From: Folioceros fuciformis
Taxonomy: Eukaryota
NCBI GenBank assembly: GCA_049999805.1
Contig: JBNGIO010006320.1
Coordinates: 1 to 43,841, forward strand
DNA: 43,841 nucleotides
Direction: 5' to 3'
Notes under the pieces: generated by a model
Seen by the model: the letters and a program-made list of their open reading frames with translations, nothing else
Database searches by the model: none
What the model was told of the DNA's origin: nothing
Program-made: the position numbers and the translations under genes
Part shown: positions 10,952 through 22,562 of the stretch, piece after piece
Layout: every line of letters begins with the position of its first letter
How positions within the stretch are numbered: the first letter of the stretch is position 1

Positions 10952-13900
10952 TCAAAAGAAACCGAGCCCTTTGCCAGGTGCTGCAGCGAACAGGCTGCTG
11001 TACTCGCCAACAGACGGTGAGCATAAGTCCGGGCCTGTTCCTGCTGCATGCTCGTCAACACACCTCCGTGTCCTGGAGATTTCAGGGACATTCAAGTCAC
11101 CGTTGCTCGCGTTCGGTGCGACATGCTCCGTCTCCTTTGACGACCCAGTGTCCTTGCTGGAGCTGTCAGGTTCAAAAACTTGAGCAGCGGGCGAAGACGC
11201 AGAGCCCCCAAAAAGAAACGGGGGGAAGTTGCCGCCAGGCTTGTTCAGCAGCGGACTGTCGTCATTCGCACCCTGTGCTGGACCCTCACCATCGACAGGG
11301 GCCACTGATGTTGGAGAACCACCATCACTTGCATGCTTTGCCTCTTCCTGTGGCACTGACACTCCAGCCTCCGGTTGTGAAAGTGCCAACACCTGATGGC
11401 CCCCCGACCGAGTCACTCCAGGAGGAGTGCCATTGCTTCTCCCACCATATCTGGACAAAAAAGCTGTCTCCCTTGCAAGTGAATTCAGTCCATTTTGCAT
11501 GGGAACCTGAAAATGCCCTGGGCCAGCCAGGCTTGGAGGGGGAAGAGGTTGCAGTGATGCTGGGACTGGGAGCGACATAGGTGGTAGGCTACCTATTGGC
11601 ATCCCCATTCCCCCTGGGCCAGATAATACAAATCCTCCAGGTTGAGGAAGAGGCAATACACCATTCCTACCGCGTGGCGCCCAGGGTGGCTGCATATGAA
11701 AGTATCCATACGACTGCTGGCTTGGATGGAGGTGCATAGGCACAGGCCCACATGCTGCCATAGGCAACATCTCCGCTGAGCTGGGAAACATGTTCTTCAT
11801 TGGCCTTACACCATTCCCAGGGGTCGGAAGACCAGATTGGGGTCCACTGTGAAGATGATGTGGGCCTACAACCATACCTGGTGGAATTACAGCGCCGTTA
11901 TGAATCAAAACGTTTTTGTCGGCATGCAAATGCTGCCCTGGACCTGGCCCTTCCATGGCTTGCATCATACCAGTCGCCACAACTGCATGAACAGGTGGCC
12001 GAGAGCAATTAGCCTCCAACAACACTTTGCTCTCTAAAGATAAACCATTCCTAGGACCACTAGCAGTCTTTATGTAGTTCTGTTGCCGAATGCGCTCTGG
12101 CTCAAACGGATCACTTGCCGTACTAAGCGTACTTGTGTGAGGTCCAGTCCTCCCGCTCCCTGCAGTTCGCACTGAATATTGCTGGAGGCTCGAGGAAGAG
12201 ACACTTCGTTGAAGCGTGGATGTCATAATATTCCCATCACTTACAACAACCGGAGGAGCCTCGTTTATAGACTGGCCTCCATTTGACGCTTCACCACTGG
12301 CGGAAATCACTGCAGTCTCACTTGCTTCTTCGGATGCCGGTGCCGAAGTCGCCAGAGAAGCACTTGCCGTGGATATAGAAACAGGACCTGATGCCGTTGA
12401 CGATGGCAATAATGCTCCAGACCCAACAACTGCCGCACGAGGCACAACCGTCATCCCGTTTGGCCTCCTTGCTTTTCCTTGCCCAGTCCTCGATGCAGCA
12501 ACCTTTGAGATGAGGCTACCGTTTACACTAGCCCGACTAGCTGATATTGCAGGGGATTTGACAACAGATACCCCAGCCAATGAGCTTGAGGAACTATTCG
12601 CAGTATTTGATACCCACACAAGCTTGCCGGTACTTGCTGAACTTGGCCCAACCTGAACAGTAGTATGACCATTAGGTGAGTCCATGGCAACTGTCTGACC
12701 ACTGGATGAACCTGCTACACCATCTGAAGGTGAACCACTATCGGCATAGTTTCTTGCACACCCTTCCGCACACAAATCGTTCCCGCGGTCCTGGCGCAAA
12801 CTCCCGGGCATTTCATCTACCTCTGCATCCTGTCTCTGTTCTCTCGATGCCTCAGCACCTATGCTAGATTCGCCTGCAAGCGAATCCTTCCATTCAGCCA
12901 AAATTTCTGTAGTGTCCCTGTGACCTTGCCCATGAGTTGTGGCCTCAAACGGAGGGAGAAGGGAACCTTGTGCCTCTGCAGGTACCTCTGTCTCATTCCC
13001 ACATACGGGGTGCGGTTTCGAAGCTGAGTACCCATCTCTCTCTCCCTTGGCGGAGCCTGCATCTTTGCACACTATCCTGGCAAAGCTCCTCTGACCATGA
13101 ATCTTGGCTCGGACACCATTTTGTGGACTACCACAAGCACACTGTTGGTGATGCTCATGTCTCTTGTGACTTTCCGGGACTGTTGAGCTCCAACTATCAA
13201 ATCGTTTTAAGCTATAAACACTAGCAGTATTGTGATTGTTATCTGCTCCAACCTTCCGATTCCCTGTTGAGCCATACCGCTGTAAAGAGCCAGAGACAGG
13301 ATCTCTTGCAGGTCCACAATTTTTATCCTCATCACCTGGTGTCCTACTGGGACCCTTCCTTGCAGCGCTGTTTGGGCTTGCCTCACTCACCTGATTTTTC
13401 CTCATTTGTGATCTTCTCTTGGCTGACTTCGACTGCTCAAAGATAAATGCTCCGTTCCCATCCCGCTTGCTCAAAGTGTCTGCCACATCATCCATTCCTG
13501 AGATGCATTCATTACTTTTACCAGACGCACAGTCACTGTCGGAACCATCCCCAGAGGGCCTAGCCTCAACCATGTCGGGAGATGAAGGTCTTGCAGATAC
13601 ACTATCACTGGTCCGTGACTCTCCATCTACATGAGTCACAGAAGAGCAATCTTGTTCCTCCTCGCTAGCACAGGACATCGTGTCCATGTGTCCATTGGTT
13701 GCAACCACAATAGACTTCACTTCACCTTTGCTCCTGTCTTTAGCCCGTCCTTTCAACTTCTCTTTCTTCCTAAGTTTTTTTTCCTTTTCTCTCAATTTCC
13801 TTCGCTCTCTCCTCTCTTCTTCTTCCCGTTTCTCATCTTCTTCTTCTTCAAGAAGTTTGTTCTGCAAGATGATATCCGACAGTGAGAAACGGAACCAGCA

Positions 13901-16900
13901 TCTTAACCCAACAGGAAGGCACGTATGGCAAGCAATGCAAAACCTGTTTCTCGAGAGTGGTGATCTCTTTGCAGGCCACCCTGACTCGCTCTTCCAACAA
14001 GCTCAATGCCAGACATACAAAAATGCTGTGTGCATTCTGTCGCGCTGTACCTTCCCTGAACGCTTTTTCAACCTGTTGCACATAATTCACGTCTGAATCA
14101 TCCATCGCAGGAGACACATCATGCCACTGACAAAAGCATAGTCTTGAATGACAGCTGACCTGCTCCTTGAATATTACTGTTGCTGCATCCAACAAAAAAT
14201 CTCGGGCAAGTTCAGGACTCTTTGCATGTTTCTGTGGTCGAGTTCCTTCACCATCCAGGTCATTGCCATCTTTGTCCATGGAATCCTCATCCTTCGAAGA
14301 CAAGTAAGCAGTTAGGTAGGCGAATAAGAGTACAAACCGAGAAATTAAGATTTTAATCAGCTCGCAGTACACTATATTTACCTCTTCTTCCTCTGTCTCT
14401 TCTGCTCGTTCGAAGAAACGTTGTATGCTCTCCCCCTTCGTGATGGATACAATGCCATCCCCAACAATCAGACGCCGATGGACACACAGTTGCCCTTTCA
14501 ATGCATGAGCTTTTGCAGCCAGCTCTGATGTCCGCCCATCGCGCCGCAACCCCCTGATAGTTATATGACAAGCTGATACACTTCCCAGGTCGAGGCCATC
14601 TATCTGAACAGTTTCAGATAAACCAACATCCTCAAAACCAAGAACATCTGACTTTCCTTCAGCTGTGCCAACAGCCCACTCAAACCGTTGGTAGACAGTA
14701 CCCACGTCCCCTGCAAAACAATCCCGCCAGTCGACATGAACCATTGAATCGGAAACCTGCGCATCAATTGAATAACTGTCACATGACGTTTCTTCCCGAG
14801 ACACTGCTCAAAGTAAGAAGAAAAGTTTTACAGTTCCAATGTCCATAACTGCTCCCCACCTGCTTCTCGTGCAGACAATATTTGACAACACAAAAGATCT
14901 TACACCCATAACTATACAGGCATGAGACCACACCAGGCACGAATCAAAACCCCACTCTCCTCACGGAACTGGATTGTGACAACTTGGACATTCCTTCCGT
15001 AAACCCAGTGTCAACAGGGATGACAACTGTGCAGGTAGGTGGTCTTGACCATGAACTCTATCAAGTGGGAAAACCATTGCTGGTATAACCGAAATCTAAG
15101 CTGCAAGCCAGATTCAACAATATTTCCCAGCCTACCTTGCCCATGACTCCAAACTTGCAGGAGCTCATATTTCCGCACAAATCTGCAAACTCACATATTC
15201 ATTGAGCCTCAATTGCATGTCATTAGACCTTGTTCAATACAAGGCCTTGAATATCCCCTTGAGTTTCCGCTTTGGGTGGGCAGCTCAAATCGAAAGTGCA
15301 AAGCACTTTCACAACACGGGAAGAAGCAAAAGTAGCAGACTGAACACCCAGCTTTGAAATAACCTATAACAAAATGGTTCAGGAACCAATTTCTAAACAA
15401 TCATGTCACGACTAGCATTGAACATTCCTCACAGGTCATCAACCGCCACACTAAATTGCCACTCGCAAAATATTTTTGCAAAGAAATCCAGGTCTACCTC
15501 ATATCGAAATACTGTATCAGCGGCACAGAACCAGCGAGTACACCTAGGCTCCTTCCGTGTGCGTTTAAGTTCCTTCATTTCCTTGAACTCACGGAGAACA
15601 TTCCGCCGACAATCCCGACAGAACCGCTTACTGTCAAACCTGAGTGGCAATCCACAAATTAAAATAACGCGGAAAGATTTCAGTTTACAATTGCCATCCA
15701 AAGGGACATGCAGACCTTCACAATAACAGGTTCGCACGGAAACGAAAAGTTCTGAAATAGACAGAGGAGGCATTGCCAGTCCCCAACCTGAACATCAGCC
15801 TTTCAATGAAGTCCTCTTCTTTCATTCTCAGCAATGACCTCCTCGTCTCCTCTCCTAAGGCTGCCCAGAAATCTACAAGGGCTTCACAGGAAAGCCTTGC
15901 TGTGTGAAGAGCACAGGTCTCTTTCAGGCCATGCCCTCTTCCACTGCCCCCAAAATTGCCAACACTTTGGCTGATCCACCCTCTACCACCTCCCCCACAT
16001 GCATCAGGGTATAGTAGTTCCCTCTCCCGCTCCCTTGTTCGAGCACTCTCAAAGACCTGCAGAGTACCTGAGGTGAGAATCTCTCAATGCGGAAACTCAT
16101 CACAAACGGGAATAAGCACCAATCCTCATCGGTTGATTCTCTCCAAAACTTGTCACAGCTTGCCATCCAATTCTAGTCAGGCCCAACAGCAATTACACTG
16201 AAAGAAACCACAGCTCACAAATTGCCAGATAAAGAAGTTCAGTATGCCGTGGGTACATTTTGGAGCACCTCGAGTGGCGTCCCTTCCACAAAACAGTCCA
16301 AAACTGTCAGCATGTTGTCACGAGTAGCTGCAAGCCCACCCCAGGAATGGACAGATGGATCTCTCGTATCATCCATTGTAGAAAGACCTCCGCTTGACCC
16401 ATTTTCCGAAGTGTGCCTACTACCTCCTCCTGCAGATCCACTGCTGTAAGCCAAGAGGCCACTATGGCGGTTTTTCCCATTCATAATCTGGGCAAATCCC
16501 TCAACCAGCAACCCATGACATCTTGAGCAGTAGAGATTCTTCCGGACTTGTTCAAACAGAGTGTGCTTGTCAATGCGCAACAAGTCTCGCCTTTCAGCCG
16601 ATGAAAGCTCATTCCAAAACTGGTAAGACAACAATCTTGGTCAGAAATTTGGTAGACAGACTTTCAGAAGCACACAATGACCCGTACAACAGGCACCCTG
16701 TGCATCACCGTACATACACACCGCCCATTCTAGGTGTTTTGTCTATGCCTTTAAGGGATTCGTATGGTCAACTTGCACACAGACCGACGTGATCAATCCC
16801 ACTCGAGCTACACCACAATACAGATGTTGGGGGAGTCTTGCAGAACAAGGACAAGCCCCTTGTTGACATCACATCTACAAGGACGCGGCAAAACCACTCT

Positions 16901-17550
16901 CTAACTCGTTTGTGCACACTGGACCCGGAGCAAAGAAAGTTGAAGACATGACATGGAGAGAATACGAGACCCACACAAAAAGATGACTTTCTTCCAAACC
17001 CAGCCAAAGAGGGTTGTTATCCCATTGATTTGTCCAGCGGCCCTGTTACAGTTAGGCTGACATGGCCCGAACTCAGCATCCTCAAGATGATGGTAGTGCC
17101 AATGAACTCAGTGCAAGGCTGCCATCACGAGCAGAAAGTATCATCAACACTCCCCCGCTCAGAGCCAATACTCCCGTCACCCAATCCTGAACGAAGCACT
17201 CAGTTTCAAACTGTTCCCGACAAGAGGAAACTCTCAAGAGTCCCAGAATGCAGGCATCAGTTCCTAACTAATCATGCTCTCCTGAACCTAACAGCAGCCA
17301 GTTAGACCACATGTGAGGCAGGTGGCCGCATCTTCCAAATTTGATTCGACGAGTCTAAATGTGTTGCTAAAATGATATCTGAAAGCATGAAATTTGTGGC
17401 AACTACCTTGTGCAGCTGGCCCAAGTTGACATCCTCCGTATTAGAGCGTGTCCAAACAGCAGAGCGTCCATCACTGCCAGATCCTACGTAGCCCGACAGA
17501 GAGGAAGAAGAGGAATGATTCGAGTGCAATCCTCTGGACAACCCCGGCAT
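10952..17550 (-). CDS. Plant 'stress response NST1-like' protein (At3g58050-like), 8 coding exons
   Basis: MPGL...QLHK|FWNELSSAERRDLLRIDKHTLFEQVRKNLYCSRCHGLL, DPSVHSWGGL, RERELLYPDACGGGGRGW, FDSKRFCRDCRRNV, RPQKHAKSPELARDFLLDAATVIFKEQVEKAFREGTARQNAHSIF, a charged coiled coil, and a ~2.9 kb last exon ending SLFAAAPGKGLGFF*. An alternative in-frame ATG lies at 17556. Confidence 0.9.
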
Positions 17551-18485
17551 CTTCATTTCACGCCCAAGCCTCTAGGAAACTTTCGTATTGGAAATGCTCC
17601 CATGCCCTGGCTCCACGTCCATGCACTCACTTTCTACAGCTCACAGTCACCGCATCCCTCTCTCAGAGTTCCGAGGTTCAAAGACACGTTAGCAGATCAG
17701 GGACGTCTTGCGCATCCTGTGGTGCCAATCTGCCAGTGATAGTTATCGCTGAAAACGGTCACGATGGGACCGGTTAGTCCAAGGTCTGTGGCCACTCCTT
17801 GCAATCACCAAAACAGCAGTCATCCTCTGTGTGTGTCACAGGAATAACCGCATAGAGCTACGCATCAGCAGCGCACGGGGACGGCGAGCCGCAGAGTCGA
17901 CCGACGAAAATTTGTCTCCACAAGAATGGCCATAACAGACACCTCATTCTCAAAATTCGAGGCTCCCGGTGGGCAATCCGGGTGCGAGCAGCAAAGGAGC
18001 ACACAAAGCCACAGCTCCACTGTCCCAATCCTCAACCCGAACACGGCACCACAGGGCCAATTTGGACCTCCCCGGAACAAAAATCTGGACCAATCTCAGG
18101 AGGAACAATACACGAGGGCCTCAAGCTGCGGGAATCTGCCACACGACACGTAGAGCATCAGATCCGAGCACGTCCCGCCTCCAGTCCACTGACCGCACCG
18201 AACAATACTCCTTGCAGCACCGGAATCCCACATACACAAGCATAAAGCAGTATGCGGCATCCAAACCCCGTGTCACCACAGCCGGAGCAAGCCCCTGGCA
18301 GCAATCCCTAATCAAGTTCGCCACTCCGCACTCACATTCGCTACTCACTTTTGCAATCCCTAATCCAAGGCGAAATGCGGGGAAGGCAGGGGGCGTGGAG
18401 TCCGGTAGTGCCTGAATCGTGTGCGGATGTATTGCGGTCCGTGTAGATCGGGATCCGGGGCGACCACGCTGGAGCCGGGCCAGGC

Positions 18486-18550
18486 AGAAGAAGAGGAAGA
18501 AGAAGAAGAAGAGGAAGAAGAAGCAGAAGGAGGCAGAAGAGGAAAGAGCA
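18486..18550. repeat. (GAA/GAG)n purine tract, i.e. the CT-rich probable 5' leader of the minus-strand NST1-like gene
   Basis: agaagaagaggaagaagaagaagaagaggaagaagaagcagaagg. Confidence 0.8.
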
Positions 18551-18604
18551 AGGCGAATTTCGCCCATTTCTATGGAAATGGGCAGACAGCAACAGATATA
18601 CCGC

Positions 18605-18650
18605 CATGTCATGTCATGTCATGTCATGTAGTGTCATGTTATGTCATTAT
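18605..18650. repeat. (CATGT)n microsatellite, degenerate
   Basis: catgtcatgtcatgtcatgtcatgtagtgtcatgttatgtc. Confidence 0.85.
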
Positions 18651-20666
18651 GTTTTCACCAAAATTTGAACCTACCGTATGCGCTGTATTTCCTGGCATTT
18701 TTTAACATGGAGTAAATTCGTCTCCAGAACTCGCTACCCGGTCACCATTCCTTTTTCTATTTGCGCATCCCTTATCCGTTTCTCCTTCCTTCCTTCCTTC
18801 TAGCTCTGTTCATGAATGAATTATTATTATTTTTCATTTTCTTAAATTTCAAAAAAAACAATCATAACAAAGCAGGACCTTGGTCTTGGCCCTGGACAGG
18901 TACCCACCTAACTTATGCTCCAGTTCTTGCTGCGTTGCGAGGCCAGACACCTCCATTATTAATAATCATGTATATAAACAGTGCAAAATAAATAAATTCA
19001 AATGAATGAATCAGAATCGGCACGACGTGACCTGACATGGCATCACATAAAGAGAGAGAAACCTAGAAAGAGGAAGAGACCGTGTAAGGCTAGGCCGGGC
19101 AGCGGGATAGCACGTGTGGCCCATCCGGCCAGGTACGCTAACCGCGGGTGAAGGAGCTGGCAGTGAGCAGTGCAGTTGGCAGCGGAGGCTGGCGGGGGGC
19201 CGGGCGTGGTCCCATGGGGTATGGCGACACCTGGTGGGCCCCACACCGACTTTGTTGCAATCCGTGGCCCGAGGGGCTCCGGAGGGGGCACGGCAATGGA
19301 ACCAAGCGGGGGCGGGCCTCGGCCGGGGATCTCGCCAGCCTAAAGCACATGGATGGCCCGACCTACCACCGTCGCCACGGGCTAAAAGTGGGCATTTCCG
19401 TGGACCCCTTCGTTACTGCTGGGAGCACGTAGAACTCATCGTTTAGGTGTCGTGTTATCTTGGTGTGCCCAACCTTGTTAAGCATTTTTCTTTCGTTTCT
19501 ATTATGGAATATTTATGGTCTTCTACGATGAAGGAGAGACTGGGTTGTGTGAGGTGTGGAGAGATTAGGAGGGGGTGATTAGGTGTGGATGTGATTTGCA
19601 TTTCTTATGGACAGAAGAGATGGAAATCCATGCGGGAAAGGAAGTGTCTTCCATAAGTCAAGCACCAAAGAGGACAAAACAACTCAAACCAGGCCAGTCA
19701 GGTGTAGAAATCTGTTCTCTGTACTCATCTTCACGGTAAGGTGGAGAAAAGAATTCTCTTTGGAGATGGAGGAAACATTTCAGAGGCTGGCCTTAAATGC
19801 GGGGTATGACAGGAAGCTGGACTTGGTGGAGCATCGGTAACGTGCTGGCTTGGCTACCCCATAGGCTGAGCCATGTGGGGCCCGTCCCCACGTCTTCTGC
19901 TAGCAAAGGGGAGGCAAAAGCCCCCAATCACCGGCGGGTCAGCCCCTCCAGATTCCCTCACAACGCTCGTAACTCCGTGGGAAACGGCTCGCTTTGCGTT
20001 CCTGAGATTCCTGCATGCACACATGCCTCATGGACATTGGGTCCGTGCGATCCGGTTGTTGGATGGGAGGAATCAGGGTCGGGAAGGATGTTGCTATGCT
20101 ATGACTCCAATTTGACACGCTGCCCAGTGTTCCCACGACGAGGTTCAAGATACTCACGAAAGTTACAGCGTAGCATCTCTCTGCCGGGTAACGCTGGTTA
20201 GAGGTCTGGGTTGCCATCCCGCCCATGGAGATTCTAGTCCAGCTCCCGGGTGTGGGGACTCTGGCGTAGCCTCTTCTATAACTTGTGAAGTCGTTTGGGT
20301 GGCTGGAGTCCTCTGGTTTACCACCTGGATGCAGGGCAGGGGTAGAGTTTGGAGAGTTAGAGTTTGTAGACTTCCTTTTGTGATGCAGGTGGCTCATAAG
20401 GGAATGCACTGACCTTGTTAGATCTTCCTCAGTGAACCCTCGTTTCGTTCCTTGTGTCTTTCGTCCCAGTTGCCCTTTCTACAAACATGTGGCAACAACT
20501 GAAGGTGATCAGGAGAATGCTGCAAAGGAAAGGAAACGAAAGGGTAGGAAAGGGAAGGGGCCGGAATGGAACAAGGATGAGGATTGTAGTGAAGTAAATA
20601 TTTTACCTTCGCTGTCGCTCACACCACTACCACGTTCCACACAACGTTGGCAGTGATAGCCCGCCC

Positions 20667-22280
20667 TCAGTTTCTCAGTAGCTGCTTGTAGAATAATAAG
20701 TAGGCTTCATCCTGGAGCACCTTGTGAGGCGTAACCATGGAGGCTACTCCATCATCAAAATGAAGCCATCTCCCGTCAGCCTGTTTGGAGTTGGTGGTGT
20801 AGTGCCCTCCAGATGGGGACCGGCCGTGGTGAGTGATGGTGGCCACGAGCTCGAATTCACGGCCGTCCAGTCGAGGGCTGGGAGGATGTGCCAGCAGCTC
20901 GGGTCTCATGGATAAACGCATGCTGAAGCCGACAGGTTTGTGAACCTTGTACGCACCTTGCGGCCCGAAGTTGAAGCGCGTAAGATGCAGTACTAGCACT
21001 TTCGGGAGCTCCAGGATCTGTTCAACCTTTCTGGCACTGGCCTGCGTACCCTTGGACCTGTACCCCTCGAGCGCTACGGGACTCACATACGTCATGAGAG
21101 CATCGTCAACCGTTTTCACAGTGCTGGGTTGCACGTCCAGGTGCAGCAGCATGAAGCTGCTCACGGAAACGGACGGCTTGCTCCCAGCAGCCTTCACCTC
21201 GCTCCTCAGCTTCCCTCCAAACACGGCAGTAACACTGGAAGATCCGAAGCTGTGCGTCCTGACGAAAGCGGATTTGTTCCTCCTCCCAACCGTCTCCCAG
21301 CTGTCATCCTCTTCCCCGGCCGCTGCGATCGGGGCCTGCTGTGATGTCCCATTCTTCCCTTCCAGGTGGAGGAGTTCGTCATGCATCTGAAACAGGAGGA
21401 AACTGAGGAACTCCTGCGCATCCTCCTGCGATGCCCTGCAATCTGACTGATCGCCCTCCAGCCTGAACTTCTGCAGGACTGCGTCAAACATTTTAGGACA
21501 GAAGGGGTGCCCCACATCCACAACACCAACACCACCCACACCCGAAGCACCAGCACCGCCTGCATCACTGCCTTTCGCGTCCACCCTCCTCGCCCTAAAC
21601 TGATTCCCGAATTGCGCAAACGCCAGTAGGGTAGGACACTCCCGCTGGGGAGGCCGATACGCTTGCAGCCTCTGCAGGAAATCCACAAAGGGCGGGCAGG
21701 ACAGCATGGCCTGCAAAACCGAGTTCAGGAAGCAGGAATTCCCGGTGTTCTCCAGCCCTCTAGGCTGCAATCTCATCCTCGCCCCCGCGCCCTCCCCCTT
21801 CAGGCTCTGCAGAAACGTCTTCGGATCGAACGCTGCAGGTGCAGGTGCCCTTGCAGCCGCAGCACCTGCTCCTGCCCTTCCCATGTTCAAATCCGCCAAA
21901 CCCACCACCAATTCCTCTTCACCAGCTGCAACGGGCCCAGGACCCGCCTCCAGTCTCACAGCCTGCACAGATTCCGCAGCTCTATACACGGAGGCCTGGT
22001 CGCCTGCACTCCTACCAGCATCGGGTGGGGGAGAGCGGCCCACATCCCCCGCCGGTTGCTGCTGCTCTGTGCGAGAGGAGCTTGCTTCCTGACTAGGAGG
22101 AGGTCGAGATTGTTGGGGCCTCCTCGCCGAACCTTGGTTAGCGACGACTCGCGCCTTTCCCCTGGCCCTGGCGTCGGATGGTCCCCGGGACCCAAGGCCC
22201 CGGGCCCGGACCAAACTGCCCTGTTGCGACAGGGCTTCCTCTTCGCTGAACGAGCCGAATATGAAAACCGGCTCCGCCAT
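20667..22280 (-). CDS. UBP24: Ubiquitin-specific protease, UBP24/USP10 family; single-exon CDS, 537 aa
   Basis: Cys box GLENTGNSCFLNSVLQAML, QEDAQEFL, WETVGRRNK, LPKVLVLHL, His box HHGRSPSGGHYT, WLHFDD, AYLLFY; N-terminal FGSF motif. Confidence 0.93.
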   Translation of the reverse strand: MAEPVFIFGSFSEEEALSQQGSLVRARGLGSRGPSDARARGKARVVANQGSARRPQQSRPPPSQEASSSRTEQQQPAGDVGRSPPPDAGRSAGDQASVYRAAESVQAVRLEAGPGPVAAGEEELVVGLADLNMGRAGAGAAAARAPAPAAFDPKTFLQSLKGEGAGARMRLQPRGLENTGNSCFLNSVLQAMLSCPPFVDFLQRLQAYRPPQRECPTLLAFAQFGNQFRARRVDAKGSDAGGAGASGVGGVGVVDVGHPFCPKMFDAVLQKFRLEGDQSDCRASQEDAQEFLSFLLFQMHDELLHLEGKNGTSQQAPIAAAGEEDDSWETVGRRNKSAFVRTHSFGSSSVTAVFGGKLRSEVKAAGSKPSVSVSSFMLLHLDVQPSTVKTVDDALMTYVSPVALEGYRSKGTQASARKVEQILELPKVLVLHLTRFNFGPQGAYKVHKPVGFSMRLSMRPELLAHPPSPRLDGREFELVATITHHGRSPSGGHYTTNSKQADGRWLHFDDGVASMVTPHKVLQDEAYLLFYKQLLRN

Positions 22281-22500
22281 GGCTTCGCCTACGCCTTGCC
22301 CCCCTGCCTTGCCGGGCGTCGCTTCAGATACCCATATTCCACCGCTTGCCAGCCTCTCTTCTGCCTAGTAGTTCTCGCAGCTGCCGGGACCGTCTCCCAA
22401 TTGGGACTCGGAGTCGATCGGCCTCTATTGCTCGGCAATTGGCGTCGAATTCAAGTCATCTCTCCTCCTTCGTCAATTAGGTTTCTGCGAGGAATGTCTG

Positions 22501-22508
22501 TAGGGTTT
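22501..22508 (-). promoter_or_regulatory. Telo-box in the UBP24/RF1 divergent interval
   Basis: TAGGGTTT (reverse complement of AAACCCTA) between the two start codons. Confidence 0.35.
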
Positions 22509-22562
22509 CAGTATTGTTGTCTATCACAGGAAACAGTTCCTGTAGCGTTGGGTTGCAGCGGC

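Noticed and set aside
18121..18705. Poly-E, poly-K, poly-S and poly-F ORFs
   Set aside because: Translations of the (GAA)n leader tract.
10952..22280. Functional RNA-granule cluster of the NST1-like gene and UBP24
   Set aside because: The NST1 label is loose annotation similarity, and adjacency in a compact genome does not show a shared pathway.
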